A stretch of 64,000 bases of DNA from Deltaproteobacteria bacterium (lineage in GTDB: Bacteria > Desulfobacterota > Desulfomonilia > UBA1062). The notes beneath the pieces were generated by a model. That model saw nothing but the letters and a program-made list of their open reading frames with translations, made no database searches and was not told where the DNA came from. Below are positions 7,589-16,394 of the stretch, one piece after another; position 1 is the first letter of the stretch, and every line of letters starts with the position of its first letter. Location: NCBI GenBank assembly GCA_018433775.1, contig JAHDQN010000005.1:10272-74271 (forward strand), given 5' to 3'. A program made the position numbers and the translations under genes.

Positions 7589-9088
7589 ATGACAGCAGCT
7601 TATACCCCCATCCTCGCCGGCGTGGCCCAGTATACCCAGCCCAGGGACGCGCAGCGGCCCCTGGACCCCATGGGTCTCATGATCCGCGTGTGCGCCGGGG
7701 CCCTGGAGGATGCCGGCTCCGATAAGCTCAAGGATCTCATCGATGCTCTGTACGTGGTGAACCTGTTCCAGTGGCCCTACCGCGACGCACCGGGCATGCT
7801 GGCGGATGCCCTGGGCATCAATCCGGCAGGGAAATACTATACCCCCATCGGCGGCAACACGCCCCAGATGCTCGTGAACAGGGCCTGCCGGGCGCTGGCC
7901 GCAGGCACGGTCCGGGCCGTGCTCATCACCGGGGCGGAGGCCATCTACTCCCTCAGGCGCGCCCTGGCGGGAAAGATCGTTCTCGACTGGCCCGAGAGCG
8001 GACAGCCCGAACGTATCGACGGCGAGGAGCGTGGAAGCGTAAACCGGATCGAGGCGGACTATGACCTCTTTTTCCCGGCCGTCATGTACCCCCTGTTCGA
8101 GACCGCGCTGAGGGCATCGTCCGGCCGTAGCGTCGAGGGTCACCGGGAGTACGTGGGCAGGCTCTGGGAACGCTTCTCCCGGACTGCGGCCGTCAATCCC
8201 CACGCCTGGATCAGGAGAGAGCTGAGCGCCCGGGAAATCATCGAGGTCACGCCGGACAACCGCTATATCAACTATCCGTACACCAAATACATGAACGCGA
8301 ACATCAATGTCGACCAGTCGGCCGCAGTGCTCATGACCACGGCGGAGACAGCCCGGCGGCTCGGGATCGACCCGGCAAGGCTGGTCTACCCCCTGGGAGG
8401 GGCTGATTTCTCCGATGTCTGGTACGTGTCCAGGCGGCCCCGGCTCGACTTCTCGCCCGCGATCCGGAACGCCTCCCGGCTCGCGCTGACGCAGGCGGGG
8501 CTGGATTTGAGCGACATCGACTTCTTCGACCTCTACAGCTGCTTCCCCTCGGCCGTGCAGATCGCCATGAAGGAGATCGGCATCGCGGAAAATGACCCGA
8601 GAGATCTCACTCTCACCGGCGGGTTGGCCTTTTTCGGCGGTCCGGGAAACAACTACTCGCTGCACGGCATTGTCTCCGCGGCCGAGCGGGTCAGGGCCGA
8701 CCGGTCGAAAAAGGCCATGGTCACGGCAAACGGCTGGTACATCACCAAGCACTCCATCGGCGTCTACGGCGGCGACCCCCCGGAGCGGCCCTGGGGAGAG
8801 CGGGACGACGCTCCCGTCCAGGCGGCGATCGATGCAGAGGCGCTGCCCGAGCCGGCGGAAAGGGCCGAGGGCGACCTGAGGGTTGAGGCCTACGTGATCC
8901 GGCACGGCAGGGAGGGCAAGCCCACGCTCGGCACCGTGATCGGCAGGCTCCCGGACGGACGGAGGACCCTGGCCCATATCGAGGCCGGGGCAGATGAGCT
9001 GGAGGAAATGGAACGGGTCGAAATGGTGGGGCGGACAGGGCAGGTGCACACCATTTCCGGCAAGGCCGGGAATCGGGTGCGCTTGTAA
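7589..9088 (+). CDS. Thiolase-family protein (SCP-x / non-decarboxylating condensing-enzyme type) with a fused C-terminal OB-fold (DUF35-like) domain
   Basis: Thiolase-like core (..CSSGLTA-like region; C-terminal GGLAFFGGPGNNYSLHGIVSAAERV). A ~100-aa C-terminal extension, EAYVIRHGREGKPTLGTVIGRLPDGRRTLAHIE...RVEMVGRTGQVH, is OB-fold-like. Confidence 0.6.
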   Translation: MTAAYTPILAGVAQYTQPRDAQRPLDPMGLMIRVCAGALEDAGSDKLKDLIDALYVVNLFQWPYRDAPGMLADALGINPAGKYYTPIGGNTPQMLVNRACRALAAGTVRAVLITGAEAIYSLRRALAGKIVLDWPESGQPERIDGEERGSVNRIEADYDLFFPAVMYPLFETALRASSGRSVEGHREYVGRLWERFSRTAAVNPHAWIRRELSAREIIEVTPDNRYINYPYTKYMNANINVDQSAAVLMTTAETARRLGIDPARLVYPLGGADFSDVWYVSRRPRLDFSPAIRNASRLALTQAGLDLSDIDFFDLYSCFPSAVQIAMKEIGIAENDPRDLTLTGGLAFFGGPGNNYSLHGIVSAAERVRADRSKKAMVTANGWYITKHSIGVYGGDPPERPWGERDDAPVQAAIDAEALPEPAERAEGDLRVEAYVIRHGREGKPTLGTVIGRLPDGRRTLAHIEAGADELEEMERVEMVGRTGQVHTISGKAGNRVRL

Positions 9089-9177
9089 GGTCTTCCGACA
9101 AAGAGGTGCCCCGCAGGGGGTGCACAGGGGAAGCGCGATGAGCAGGGGATTCGGCGGACAGGGGGAATGCAGGGGTA

Positions 9178-9458
9178 TGAAAAGCCGGATCGCGCTCGAA
9201 AGGTTCACGGGCGGATACAACTGTGCGCAGTCGGTGACCTCGGCCTTCTGCGACGAGCTGTCGATCGCCAAGGACCTTGCCCTGAAAGCCGCCTGCGGTT
9301 TCGGTGCCGGCATGGGGCGCAAGGGAGAGGTCTGCGGAGCCGTGACCGGCGGGATCATGGTGATCGGGGCGCTCTACGGCAAGGGCGAGACCGGCGGGCA
9401 TTCAGCCCTGGAGACAACCTATTCACCGTGCCGGGAGCCATTGTCGGATCGATCGTGA
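9178..9458 (+). CDS. C_GCAxxG_C_C family Cys-rich protein, apparently C-terminally truncated (93 aa from ATG 9178; alternative ATG 9138)
   Basis: MKSRIALERFTGGYNCAQSV...GFGAGMGRKGEVCGAVTGG matches the family's N-terminal C and GCAxxG signatures. The C-terminal Cys pair typical of the family is missing. This could be a short variant or a gene remnant. Confidence 0.5.
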
Positions 9459-9488
9459 GAGAAAAGGGCTGATCATGCATCATCGGAG

Positions 9489-10025
9489 GTGTTCATGAGG
9501 CTTTCACCCGGCCGGATGCGGCTGCTGAAGCTCGTCCACATCATCCTGTCGTCTGCGTGGCTGGCATCGGCGATGATCCTCGTGTTCTTCTTCACGGCCG
9601 TGGTTCCCGAGGCGCCCCGGGCAGACCTGCACGGCATTCTGATCGCGCTCAAGACAATCGACGACTGGGTCATCATCCCTGCGGCAAACGGCATACTCAT
9701 AACCGGGATCGTGTACGGCATCGCCACGCATTGGGGCTGGTTCAGGCACGGCTGGATAACGGCAAAGTGGGGAATCACGCTCTACGGCATTCTCTTCGGC
9801 ACCTTCCTCCTGGGCCCCAGGCTCAACCGGCTGCCCGAGCTCGCGGCGTCCGTTCCCCTCGATGCCCCGCTCCCGGCTGAATTCACTGCAAATCTCGCGT
9901 TCCTGCAGGCCTGGGGATCTGTCCAGCTCGCAACCCTCCTTGCGGCATATCTGCTCTCCGTGTATAAATGGAAGAGAAAGGGCTCTTCCCCGCCGGCACA
10001 CCGGGCGGAAAGAGACCCTTCTTAG
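9489..10025 (+). CDS. Integral membrane protein, about 4 predicted TM helices, family unassigned
   Basis: Hydrophobic segments are read by eye (LLKLVHIILSSAWLASAMILVFFF; IIPAANGILITGIVYGIA; ITLYGILFGTFLLG; VQLATLLAAYLLSVY). Confidence 0.55.
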   Translation: MFMRLSPGRMRLLKLVHIILSSAWLASAMILVFFFTAVVPEAPRADLHGILIALKTIDDWVIIPAANGILITGIVYGIATHWGWFRHGWITAKWGITLYGILFGTFLLGPRLNRLPELAASVPLDAPLPAEFTANLAFLQAWGSVQLATLLAAYLLSVYKWKRKGSSPPAHRAERDPS

Positions 10026-10204
10026 AATATGGTCCCTGCGATGCGTAAGGACCGCCGCCGTGTTCACGACACGGCCTGAAACCTCCTGCATCCGCTCAGG
10101 GAGGATTTTGAAGGCAGGGGAGCATTCCCCTCCAACAGTGCGGCTTGAAGTAGGATCGAAGGGCTTGCCCTTGAGATCCATACCATTGATAAAGGAGTGG
10201 TTCA

Positions 10205-10591
10205 ATGACATGGGACGAGGCAACCGGTTTCTGTGACTCGTGGCTGGCCGCCTGGAGCGGGAACAACCCGGACAGGCTCATGGAATTCTACGCCCTGGAT
10301 GCATACTATTCCGACCCTTCGGTGCCCGGCGGATTGAAGGGGCACGAGGGCATCCGGCCCTACATCGAAAGGCTGCTGGCACGGAATCCCGGCTGGGAGT
10401 GGAGGCGGGAGGAGCTGTTCCTGACTGACACGGGCTTCACCCTGAAATGGAGGGCCAGGATCCCGGTGGGAGGCAGCGATGTGGTGGAGAACGGGCTCGA
10501 CATCGTCGAGGTCTCGCAGGGTCAGATCACCCGCAATGAGGTGTACTTCGACAGGACGCAGCTCCTTTCGGCCCTGAAGGCGCAGAGGTGA
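10205..10591 (+). CDS. SnoaL-like / NTF2-fold protein
   Basis: MTWDEATGFCDSWLAAWSGNNPDRLMEFYALDAYYSDP... has the pattern typical of SnoaL-like polyketide-cyclase-fold proteins. Confidence 0.55.
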   Translation: MTWDEATGFCDSWLAAWSGNNPDRLMEFYALDAYYSDPSVPGGLKGHEGIRPYIERLLARNPGWEWRREELFLTDTGFTLKWRARIPVGGSDVVENGLDIVEVSQGQITRNEVYFDRTQLLSALKAQR

Positions 10592-10682
10592 CCGGCGCCC
10601 CGTCCGCCCCTGCGGCGGGCGTTCCATTCAGGATGGATCGGAACTGTCCGAACAGGTGACATCCTGACAGAAGGAGGAATTC

Positions 10683-11255
10683 ATGAAAAAGGTCTTTACC
10701 GGGAGAAGCGTGCTCTTCGGGTTTTTTCTGGTGGCCTTCATCATCGTTTTCGAGATCGTTCTGGAAAGGCTCAAGCTTCCGGCCTGGCCGGCATTCATGG
10801 TCATGATATGCTTTTTCATCGAGCACGAAGACCCCGGGTCGGTGCCTCGCATCCTGATCGGAGGGCTTGCCGGGATCGGCTGCGTGGTGCTCCTTGGACA
10901 CGTTGGACCGGCCTTGACGCCATACCTCGGCACCGAGGCGTCCAAGCTGCTCTTCATCGGCATCTTCGTGTACTCCATCGTCCTGTTCAAGGATGCCCTG
11001 CCCCCTGTCTTCAACGCCTTTGCCTTCCTGTTCTTTCTGGCTGCATCCGTCGCCTCCCGGGCACCGAATCCCGAGCCCTATGTCTGGATGGGGGTGGAGA
11101 TCGTGGTAGGCGGGATCTTCATCGTGGGCATTCTCGGCATCAGCCGGCTGGTGGAGGCCGTTCTCGATGAGGAGAAGGCCCTTGAAACAGCTCTTTCGGC
11201 CGATCCATCGTCCCTTGCGGAAAAGACCGCTCAAGAGCCTGATTCCAAACACTGA
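10683..11255 (+). CDS. Integral membrane protein (about 5 TM helices), hypothetical
   Basis: RBS GAAGGAGG precedes the ATG. The sequence is largely hydrophobic (FGFFLVAFIIVFEIVL..., IGGLAGIGCVVLLGHVG..., VEIVVGGIFIVGILGI). Confidence 0.55.
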   Translation: MKKVFTGRSVLFGFFLVAFIIVFEIVLERLKLPAWPAFMVMICFFIEHEDPGSVPRILIGGLAGIGCVVLLGHVGPALTPYLGTEASKLLFIGIFVYSIVLFKDALPPVFNAFAFLFFLAASVASRAPNPEPYVWMGVEIVVGGIFIVGILGISRLVEAVLDEEKALETALSADPSSLAEKTAQEPDSKH

Positions 11256-11264
11256 ACGCCGCAG

Positions 11265-12173
11265 GTGACGCCCTTGTTTCTGCTCAAGAAGATCGCGAGC
11301 CAGTTTTTCATGCCCGTGTCCGTCATAACCGGGCTGCTGGTCATCGGCCTGATCATGCTCCGGTTCAGCAGGCGCCGGCGTGCGGCCGGGGTCATATTCG
11401 CCGCGGCAACGCTCGCGTTCTTGATCATGGGCTACGGCGTGTTCTCCGATTCGATTCTCGCGGGCCTGGAGCGGCGCTACCCGCCGATCGACATCCAGGC
11501 CGCGCGTGGTGCCGGCATCCGGTGGGTGGTCGTTCTGGCGGGCGGGCATGTCTCGAGCAGGAGCCTGCCCGTGGCCAGCCAGCTCCTCGATGAGACGCTG
11601 GTACGTCTCGTAGAGGGCATCCGCATCCAGCAGAGCCTCCCGGGAGCCCGGCTGCTCGTGTCGGGAGGCTGCATCTCCGATCCAGAGGCAAGCGCGACCC
11701 TCATGGCTGAGCTGGCCCGCGGGCTCGGGGTCGATCCGGCGGACATCGTGGTGGAAGATGAGTCCAGGGACACCCATGAAGAGGCCCTGCTCATCCGGCC
11801 CATGATGGGGCCGCAGCAGTTCGTCCTGGTGACCTCGGCATACCACATGCCCAGGTCCATGGCGCTCTTCCGCGCCCAGGGCATGCATCCCGTGGCCGCC
11901 CCGGTGGGGCATCGAATCATCGATCGGGATTATCTCTCTGTCTGGTCCTTCTTTCCCCATGCAAACAGGCTCCGCAACTGCGAGATCGTGATCCACGAGC
12001 TGCTGGGCATCCTCCAGGCGCATCTCACCGGCAAGCTCAGGCAGAAGCCCGTGGAAGGAACGGAAGCAGGCTCAGGATGCGCCCCCGATGTTTTCGGTCC
12101 GCCGCGAACGGCTGTCCCATCCCGGGATACGCAGAGCGCCGGTGCGGGATACGCTCTGAGGCAAGGTGCTTGA
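11265..12173 (+). CDS. YdcF / ElyC / SanA (DUF218) family protein with an N-terminal TM anchor
   Basis: The DUF218-like motifs RWVVVLAGGHVSS and LVTSAYHMPRS are present. Confidence 0.6.
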   Translation: MTPLFLLKKIASQFFMPVSVITGLLVIGLIMLRFSRRRRAAGVIFAAATLAFLIMGYGVFSDSILAGLERRYPPIDIQAARGAGIRWVVVLAGGHVSSRSLPVASQLLDETLVRLVEGIRIQQSLPGARLLVSGGCISDPEASATLMAELARGLGVDPADIVVEDESRDTHEEALLIRPMMGPQQFVLVTSAYHMPRSMALFRAQGMHPVAAPVGHRIIDRDYLSVWSFFPHANRLRNCEIVIHELLGILQAHLTGKLRQKPVEGTEAGSGCAPDVFGPPRTAVPSRDTQSAGAGYALRQGA

Positions 12174-12304
12174 GTCTGGCGGCAATTCATGTATTATATT
12201 CATAAAATGACAGCATGACGGGCGCCGGGACCGGTACCGCGGTGCGGCATCCCTGGATTCGGGTACGCAAGTTGTTTTAAGAATAAACTGATCGAGGAGG
12301 AATC

Positions 12305-14011
12305 ATGAGCCAGGCATTCTCATACAGTCCTGATGGAAAACCCTATCCGCTGCCCGCGGAATCCGATTATCTCAAAGAGTTCGAACGGCTTGAAAGTGAG
12401 GTGCGCGAGCAGCGGGCACGCGGAAGAGAGATCGTGGTGGTCATGGGTCTGGGGTTCGTGGGCGCGGTCATGGCCGCGGTGGTGGCCGACAGCACGGACA
12501 AAAAGACCGGCGAGGCCATGAAATTCGTCATCGGCATGCAGCGGCCCAGCACCAGGAGCTTCTGGAAGATCCCCATGTTCAACAGCGGTGTCTCACCCGT
12601 GAAGGCCGAAGACCCGGAGGTGGACACCCTGATCCGGCGCTGTGTGCTCGAGCGCAGGAATCTCACGGCCACCTACACCTACGATGCCCTGAGTCTTGCG
12701 GACGTGGTCGTAGTGGACGTGCAGTGCGATTTTCTCAAAGAGGAGCTGGGCAACTGCCGGAGCGGCAGGGCCGAGATCGCGGCCCTGGAGGAGTCCATGA
12801 AGATCATCGGCGAGAAGATCGGTCCCAAAAGTCTGGTGCTCGTCGAGACCACGGTGCCGCCCGGCACCACCGAGTACATCGCCTATCCCACCATGAAAAA
12901 GGCCTTTACCGCGCGCGGCATCCAGAGTGAGCCGCTGCTGGCCCACAGCTATGAGCGGGTCATGCCGGGCAAGGACTACGTGAAGTCCATCCGTGACTTC
13001 TGGCGCGTGTGCAGCGGGATCAACGAGGAGAGCAGGGCGAGGGTGGAGCGATTTCTCTCCGACGTGCTCAACGTTGAGAAGTTTCCACTCACGGTCCTGG
13101 ACAGGCCCCTGGAGAGCGAGACCGCCAAGATCGTGGAGAACAGCTTCCGGGCGACGATCCTGGCCTTCATGGACGAGTGGAGCAACTTCTGCGAAAAGAA
13201 CGGCGTGGATCTCGTCAAGGTGATCAAGGCCATCAAGGTCAGGCCCACCCACAGCAACATGATCTTTCCCGGGCCCGGCATCGGAGGCTACTGTCTGCCC
13301 AAGGACGGAGGCCTGGGCGTGTGGGCCTACCGGCACCTCATGGGCTACGAGGACGAGAACTTCACGATCACACCCGAGGCGATCGACATCAACGATACCC
13401 GCGCGCTCCACGCCGTGCAACTCATCCGGGACGCCTTGAGGAACATGGGCAAGATCGTGGCCGCCTCCGTGGTCACGGTGCTCGGTGCGTCGTACCGGGA
13501 AGATGTGGGCGACACGCGCTACAGCGGCACTGAGCTCATGATCCGGAAGATCGCCGAGATGGGCGGCGACGTGCGGGTGCACGACCCCTATGTGGAGCAC
13601 TGGTGGGAGTTCGAGGCCCAGGACACCTACCCCTCGGTGGGGGCGAGCTGGGCGCGGTTTTTCAGAAACCAGGAGGGGTTGAAGAACTTGCGGGTAAACA
13701 AAGACCTCGGCGCCGTGCTGTGCGGCTCCGACGCGGTGGTGCTGGCGGTAAGGCATGCCGAATACCTGGACCTCGATCCCGATGCCGTGGTGGCGATGAC
13801 CGGCTCCCCTGCAGCGATCATCGACTGCTTCGGGATCCTGGACGACGAAAGGATCCGACGGTTTTTCGAGCTCGGCTGCGAGGTGAAGGGGCTGGGCCGC
13901 GGGCATATTCAGCGTATCAAGGAAGAGGTGCGATCCCGGATGATCGCCCCGGTTCGCGAACCCGGGGAGCCTCAAGGGGAGGCGCCGGGCAAGGAGGCCC
14001 TGGAGGCCTGA
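12305..14011 (+). CDS. Nucleotide-sugar dehydrogenase (UDP-glucose/GDP-mannose dehydrogenase family), unusually long (568 aa)
   Basis: RBS GAGGAGG precedes the ATG. Rossmann motif VVVMGLGFVGAVMAAVVA. Conserved ENSFRA motif. Catalytic-Cys motif GIGGYCLPKD. There are N-terminal and C-terminal extensions relative to typical ~400-450-aa members. Confidence 0.75.
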   Translation: MSQAFSYSPDGKPYPLPAESDYLKEFERLESEVREQRARGREIVVVMGLGFVGAVMAAVVADSTDKKTGEAMKFVIGMQRPSTRSFWKIPMFNSGVSPVKAEDPEVDTLIRRCVLERRNLTATYTYDALSLADVVVVDVQCDFLKEELGNCRSGRAEIAALEESMKIIGEKIGPKSLVLVETTVPPGTTEYIAYPTMKKAFTARGIQSEPLLAHSYERVMPGKDYVKSIRDFWRVCSGINEESRARVERFLSDVLNVEKFPLTVLDRPLESETAKIVENSFRATILAFMDEWSNFCEKNGVDLVKVIKAIKVRPTHSNMIFPGPGIGGYCLPKDGGLGVWAYRHLMGYEDENFTITPEAIDINDTRALHAVQLIRDALRNMGKIVAASVVTVLGASYREDVGDTRYSGTELMIRKIAEMGGDVRVHDPYVEHWWEFEAQDTYPSVGASWARFFRNQEGLKNLRVNKDLGAVLCGSDAVVLAVRHAEYLDLDPDAVVAMTGSPAAIIDCFGILDDERIRRFFELGCEVKGLGRGHIQRIKEEVRSRMIAPVREPGEPQGEAPGKEALEA

Positions 14012-14097
14012 GAAGAGAAGCGGGATCGACCGGGAGCCTCGTTTGATCTTGACTGGGAGAATTATCCTGCTATCTTTTCTCCGGAGAGTTTGAAGAG

Positions 14098-15102
14098 GTG
14101 ATTTACGAGATCGTCGCTACCCTGGGGCCGAGCAGCAGCACCCAGGACATGTGGAACCGGATGACCCGCGCCGGGGTCACGGCCTTTCGTCTGAACACCT
14201 CTCACTTCAGCCTGCCGGAGCTTTTTCGCTGGCTTGAGAGGCTCGGGCCGTTTCTGGATTCCCTGGAGCGGAAACCGCCGGTGGTCCTGGACCTCCAGGG
14301 GAGCAAATGGCGGCTGGGAGATTTCGATCCCTTCCTTCTGGAACCGGGCGGGAACATCGAGCTGGTGCATGCCGGGACCGCCCGCGGGCGGGATATCCTG
14401 CCGGTCCCGCACCCCGACTTTTTCCAGGCGGCCCCTCTGTCCGGTGGCGAGATCGTGCTCGGCGATACCCGGGCCGTGCTCGCCGTGGAGTCTTTCGCCC
14501 CCGGGTCGGTGAAGGCGCGCGTGCTGCAGGGAGGGATCGTCTCCTCCCGAAAGGGGATCACCCTCCCGCATTCTTCCTTCCGCAGCGAATCCCTGCAGGA
14601 AAAAGACCGGGAGATTCTGGAACAGAGCCGGCACCTGGATTTCATTCTCTATGCCGTCTCCTATGTAAAAGACGCCGTCGAAATGGCGGGCTACCGCCGC
14701 GTCCTGGGAGACCGGGCCTACGTCATCGCCAAGATCGAGCGCGAGAGTGCGGTCCATGATGCAAGGCGCATCGCCCTGTCCGCGGACGAGCTGTGGATCT
14801 GCCGGGGCGATCTGGGAGCGGAGACAGGGTTCGTCCGCATGGCGCAGGCCGTCCACGGGTTTTCGGATACCCTGAAGGAGATGACCGTGCCCGTGCTCCT
14901 TGCCGGGCAGGTGCTGGAGCACATGACCGGCAGCATCGTCCCCACCAGGTCCGAAATCTGTCACCTGTACGATGCGCTGACCAGGGGGTATGGCGGGGTA
15001 GTTCTGTCGGACGAGACCGCGGTGGGGCGGTACCCGGAAGAGAGCTGCCGGGCGGCCGCATTGTTTCTTTCTTCATCCGGGCAGGAAGCCGCGTATGGAT
15101 AA
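14098..15102 (+). CDS. Pyruvate-kinase-like protein, barrel (A) domain only, no C-terminal regulatory domain (334 aa, GTG start)
   Basis: GTG at 14098 has a GGAGAG RBS 9 nt upstream. EIVATLGPSSS and AFRLNTSHFS match PK N-terminal motifs (TKIVCTIGPAS / RLNFSHG). WICRGDLGAE matches MVARGDLG. Confidence 0.6.
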   Translation: MIYEIVATLGPSSSTQDMWNRMTRAGVTAFRLNTSHFSLPELFRWLERLGPFLDSLERKPPVVLDLQGSKWRLGDFDPFLLEPGGNIELVHAGTARGRDILPVPHPDFFQAAPLSGGEIVLGDTRAVLAVESFAPGSVKARVLQGGIVSSRKGITLPHSSFRSESLQEKDREILEQSRHLDFILYAVSYVKDAVEMAGYRRVLGDRAYVIAKIERESAVHDARRIALSADELWICRGDLGAETGFVRMAQAVHGFSDTLKEMTVPVLLAGQVLEHMTGSIVPTRSEICHLYDALTRGYGGVVLSDETAVGRYPEESCRAAALFLSSSGQEAAYG

Positions 15103-15139
15103 CTCGGCGCGGACGTGGTAGAATATGTGGATCTTATGA

Positions 15140-15896
15140 GATGTCGAGAGCGCTCGAGGGCATGATGATGCGGATCACCCCCGCCGGGGGTCGCGGGATC
15201 GGGAGGATGGGCATCTTCCTGATGCGGTTTGTGCTCGGCAGTCTGTTTCTGCTTTCTGCCGGCATGGGTCTTTCATCGTGCGCCGGCAATCATTACCCCA
15301 GGCCGGAGTCCTGGCCCAAGCCCCTTGCTGCTGCGGAAGCTCCCTGCGACAGCATTGCCGGAATATACCGCGACCAGGGCGCCAGCAGTTGCGAGTGGTT
15401 CCTTCCGGGCTTCAAGAGCCTCAGCTATATCTTGGAACCCTGCCTTTTTTATGACTTCGTCCCTGCCAGGCATCTCGGTAAGGCAGACCGCGTGGAAATA
15501 ACCAAGACAGGCCGCGACCGGATCGCCGTAGCCGTCTATGACGCGCAGGGAAACCTGCTGTCCCCGGATATGGGCGAGGACCTGGAAGGCAGATGCGTGG
15601 ACGGGGGCGTCCTGCTCTCGTACAGGCCGAGAATCGACCCGCGGGAAGGCATCGAGCTCGTCAGCGGGACGGTGCTTCTTTCCCGGGCCGCCGACGGGTC
15701 GCTTGTCTGCAGAGTGGTCGAGCACAGGCTGTTCTGCTCGTTCATCATCCCGATGCCCTTGCTCAGCAAGAGTTATACGGTGTGGTACCGCTTCGAAAAT
15801 CACAGGAAAAAGGCCCTGCCCGGCGGGCGGGCCGGGGAGCCTTTTTTTGCCGGGAAAGATTCCTGCGGGGAAGGATTCCCGGGTGAAATCCGATAG
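15140..15896 (+). CDS. Hypothetical lipoprotein (signal peptide ...FVLGSLFLLSAGMGLSSC)
   Basis: The first third of the track ORF 14793-15896 is an out-of-frame overlap with the PK-like gene. The likely true start is at ATG 15140, 15164 or 15209. A lipobox-like LSSC follows a hydrophobic segment. Confidence 0.5.
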
Positions 15897-15977
15897 GTAA
15901 TGTGGTTTCATCGACGATGGTAAGAGGATACAGAAACACTGCATCACAGGCGATAAAACGAAAGGGGAGGAAAAGAA

Positions 15978-16316
15978 ATGATTGCGTGTTGCGGCTTGGA
16001 CTGTTCTCTCTGCGAGGCATACATGGCCACCAGGTCCGACGACGATGCCCGGAGAGCTCAGGTAGCCAAGGAATGGTCGGTTCTCTACAACACCGACATT
16101 CAACCTGAACACATTTGTTGCGATGGCTGCAGGGCTGGAGGAAGGCTGTTTTTTTACTGCGATACAATGTGTGAGATCCGCAAATGCTGTATGGAAAACG
16201 ATCTGGCAAACTGCGCGGAGTGCGTGGACTACCCGTGCGACATACTCAGGGGCTTCATCAAGATCGCTCCGGAAGCGGGGGAGTCCCTTGAGCAGCTCCG
16301 CGCGGAGCTCGAATAA
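15978..16316 (+). CDS. DUF3795-family Cys-rich protein
   Basis: RBS AAAGGGGAGG precedes the ATG. MIACCGLDCSLCEAYMA...HICCDGCRAGG...CEIRKCCMENDLANCAECVDYPC matches the DUF3795 pattern common in anaerobes. Confidence 0.65.
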   Translation: MIACCGLDCSLCEAYMATRSDDDARRAQVAKEWSVLYNTDIQPEHICCDGCRAGGRLFFYCDTMCEIRKCCMENDLANCAECVDYPCDILRGFIKIAPEAGESLEQLRAELE

Positions 16317-16394
16317 CATGCCTGTGCAGGCAGGCTGCCCGGAAGGCGGCGTCCGTGCCGGGCGGCTCTGTTCCGGCAGAATCGTGAGCAGGCC

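Noticed and set aside
7323-7589. 88-aa minus-strand ORF with a DxDxDGxxDxxD-like (calcium-binding-like) motif
   Set aside because: It has no RBS. It runs through the 31-bp A/T palindrome as poly-Ile/Lys/Phe codons and has no homolog-like architecture. It is probably non-coding.
7580-9358. 592-aa minus-strand ORF
   Set aside because: It is antisense to the thiolase-OB gene. Its translation is Pro/Gly/Arg-rich and featureless.
10527-12023. 498-aa minus-strand ORF
   Set aside because: It is antisense to the membrane-protein and YdcF genes, which have clear hydrophobic and DUF218 signatures. It was rejected as a shadow ORF.
12593-13975. 460-aa minus-strand ORF
   Set aside because: It is antisense to the nucleotide-sugar dehydrogenase, which carries the GGYCLPKD and Rossmann motifs. 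Its own translation has no motif.
14793-15139. N-terminal 115 aa of track ORF 14793-15896
   Set aside because: It overlaps the 3' end of the PK-like gene out of frame. The true lipoprotein start is placed at the first ATG after the PK stop, where the signal peptide begins.
15273-16319. 348-aa minus-strand ORF
   Set aside because: It is antisense to both the lipoprotein and the DUF3795 genes. The DUF3795 protein has an unmistakable Cys pattern and a strong RBS.
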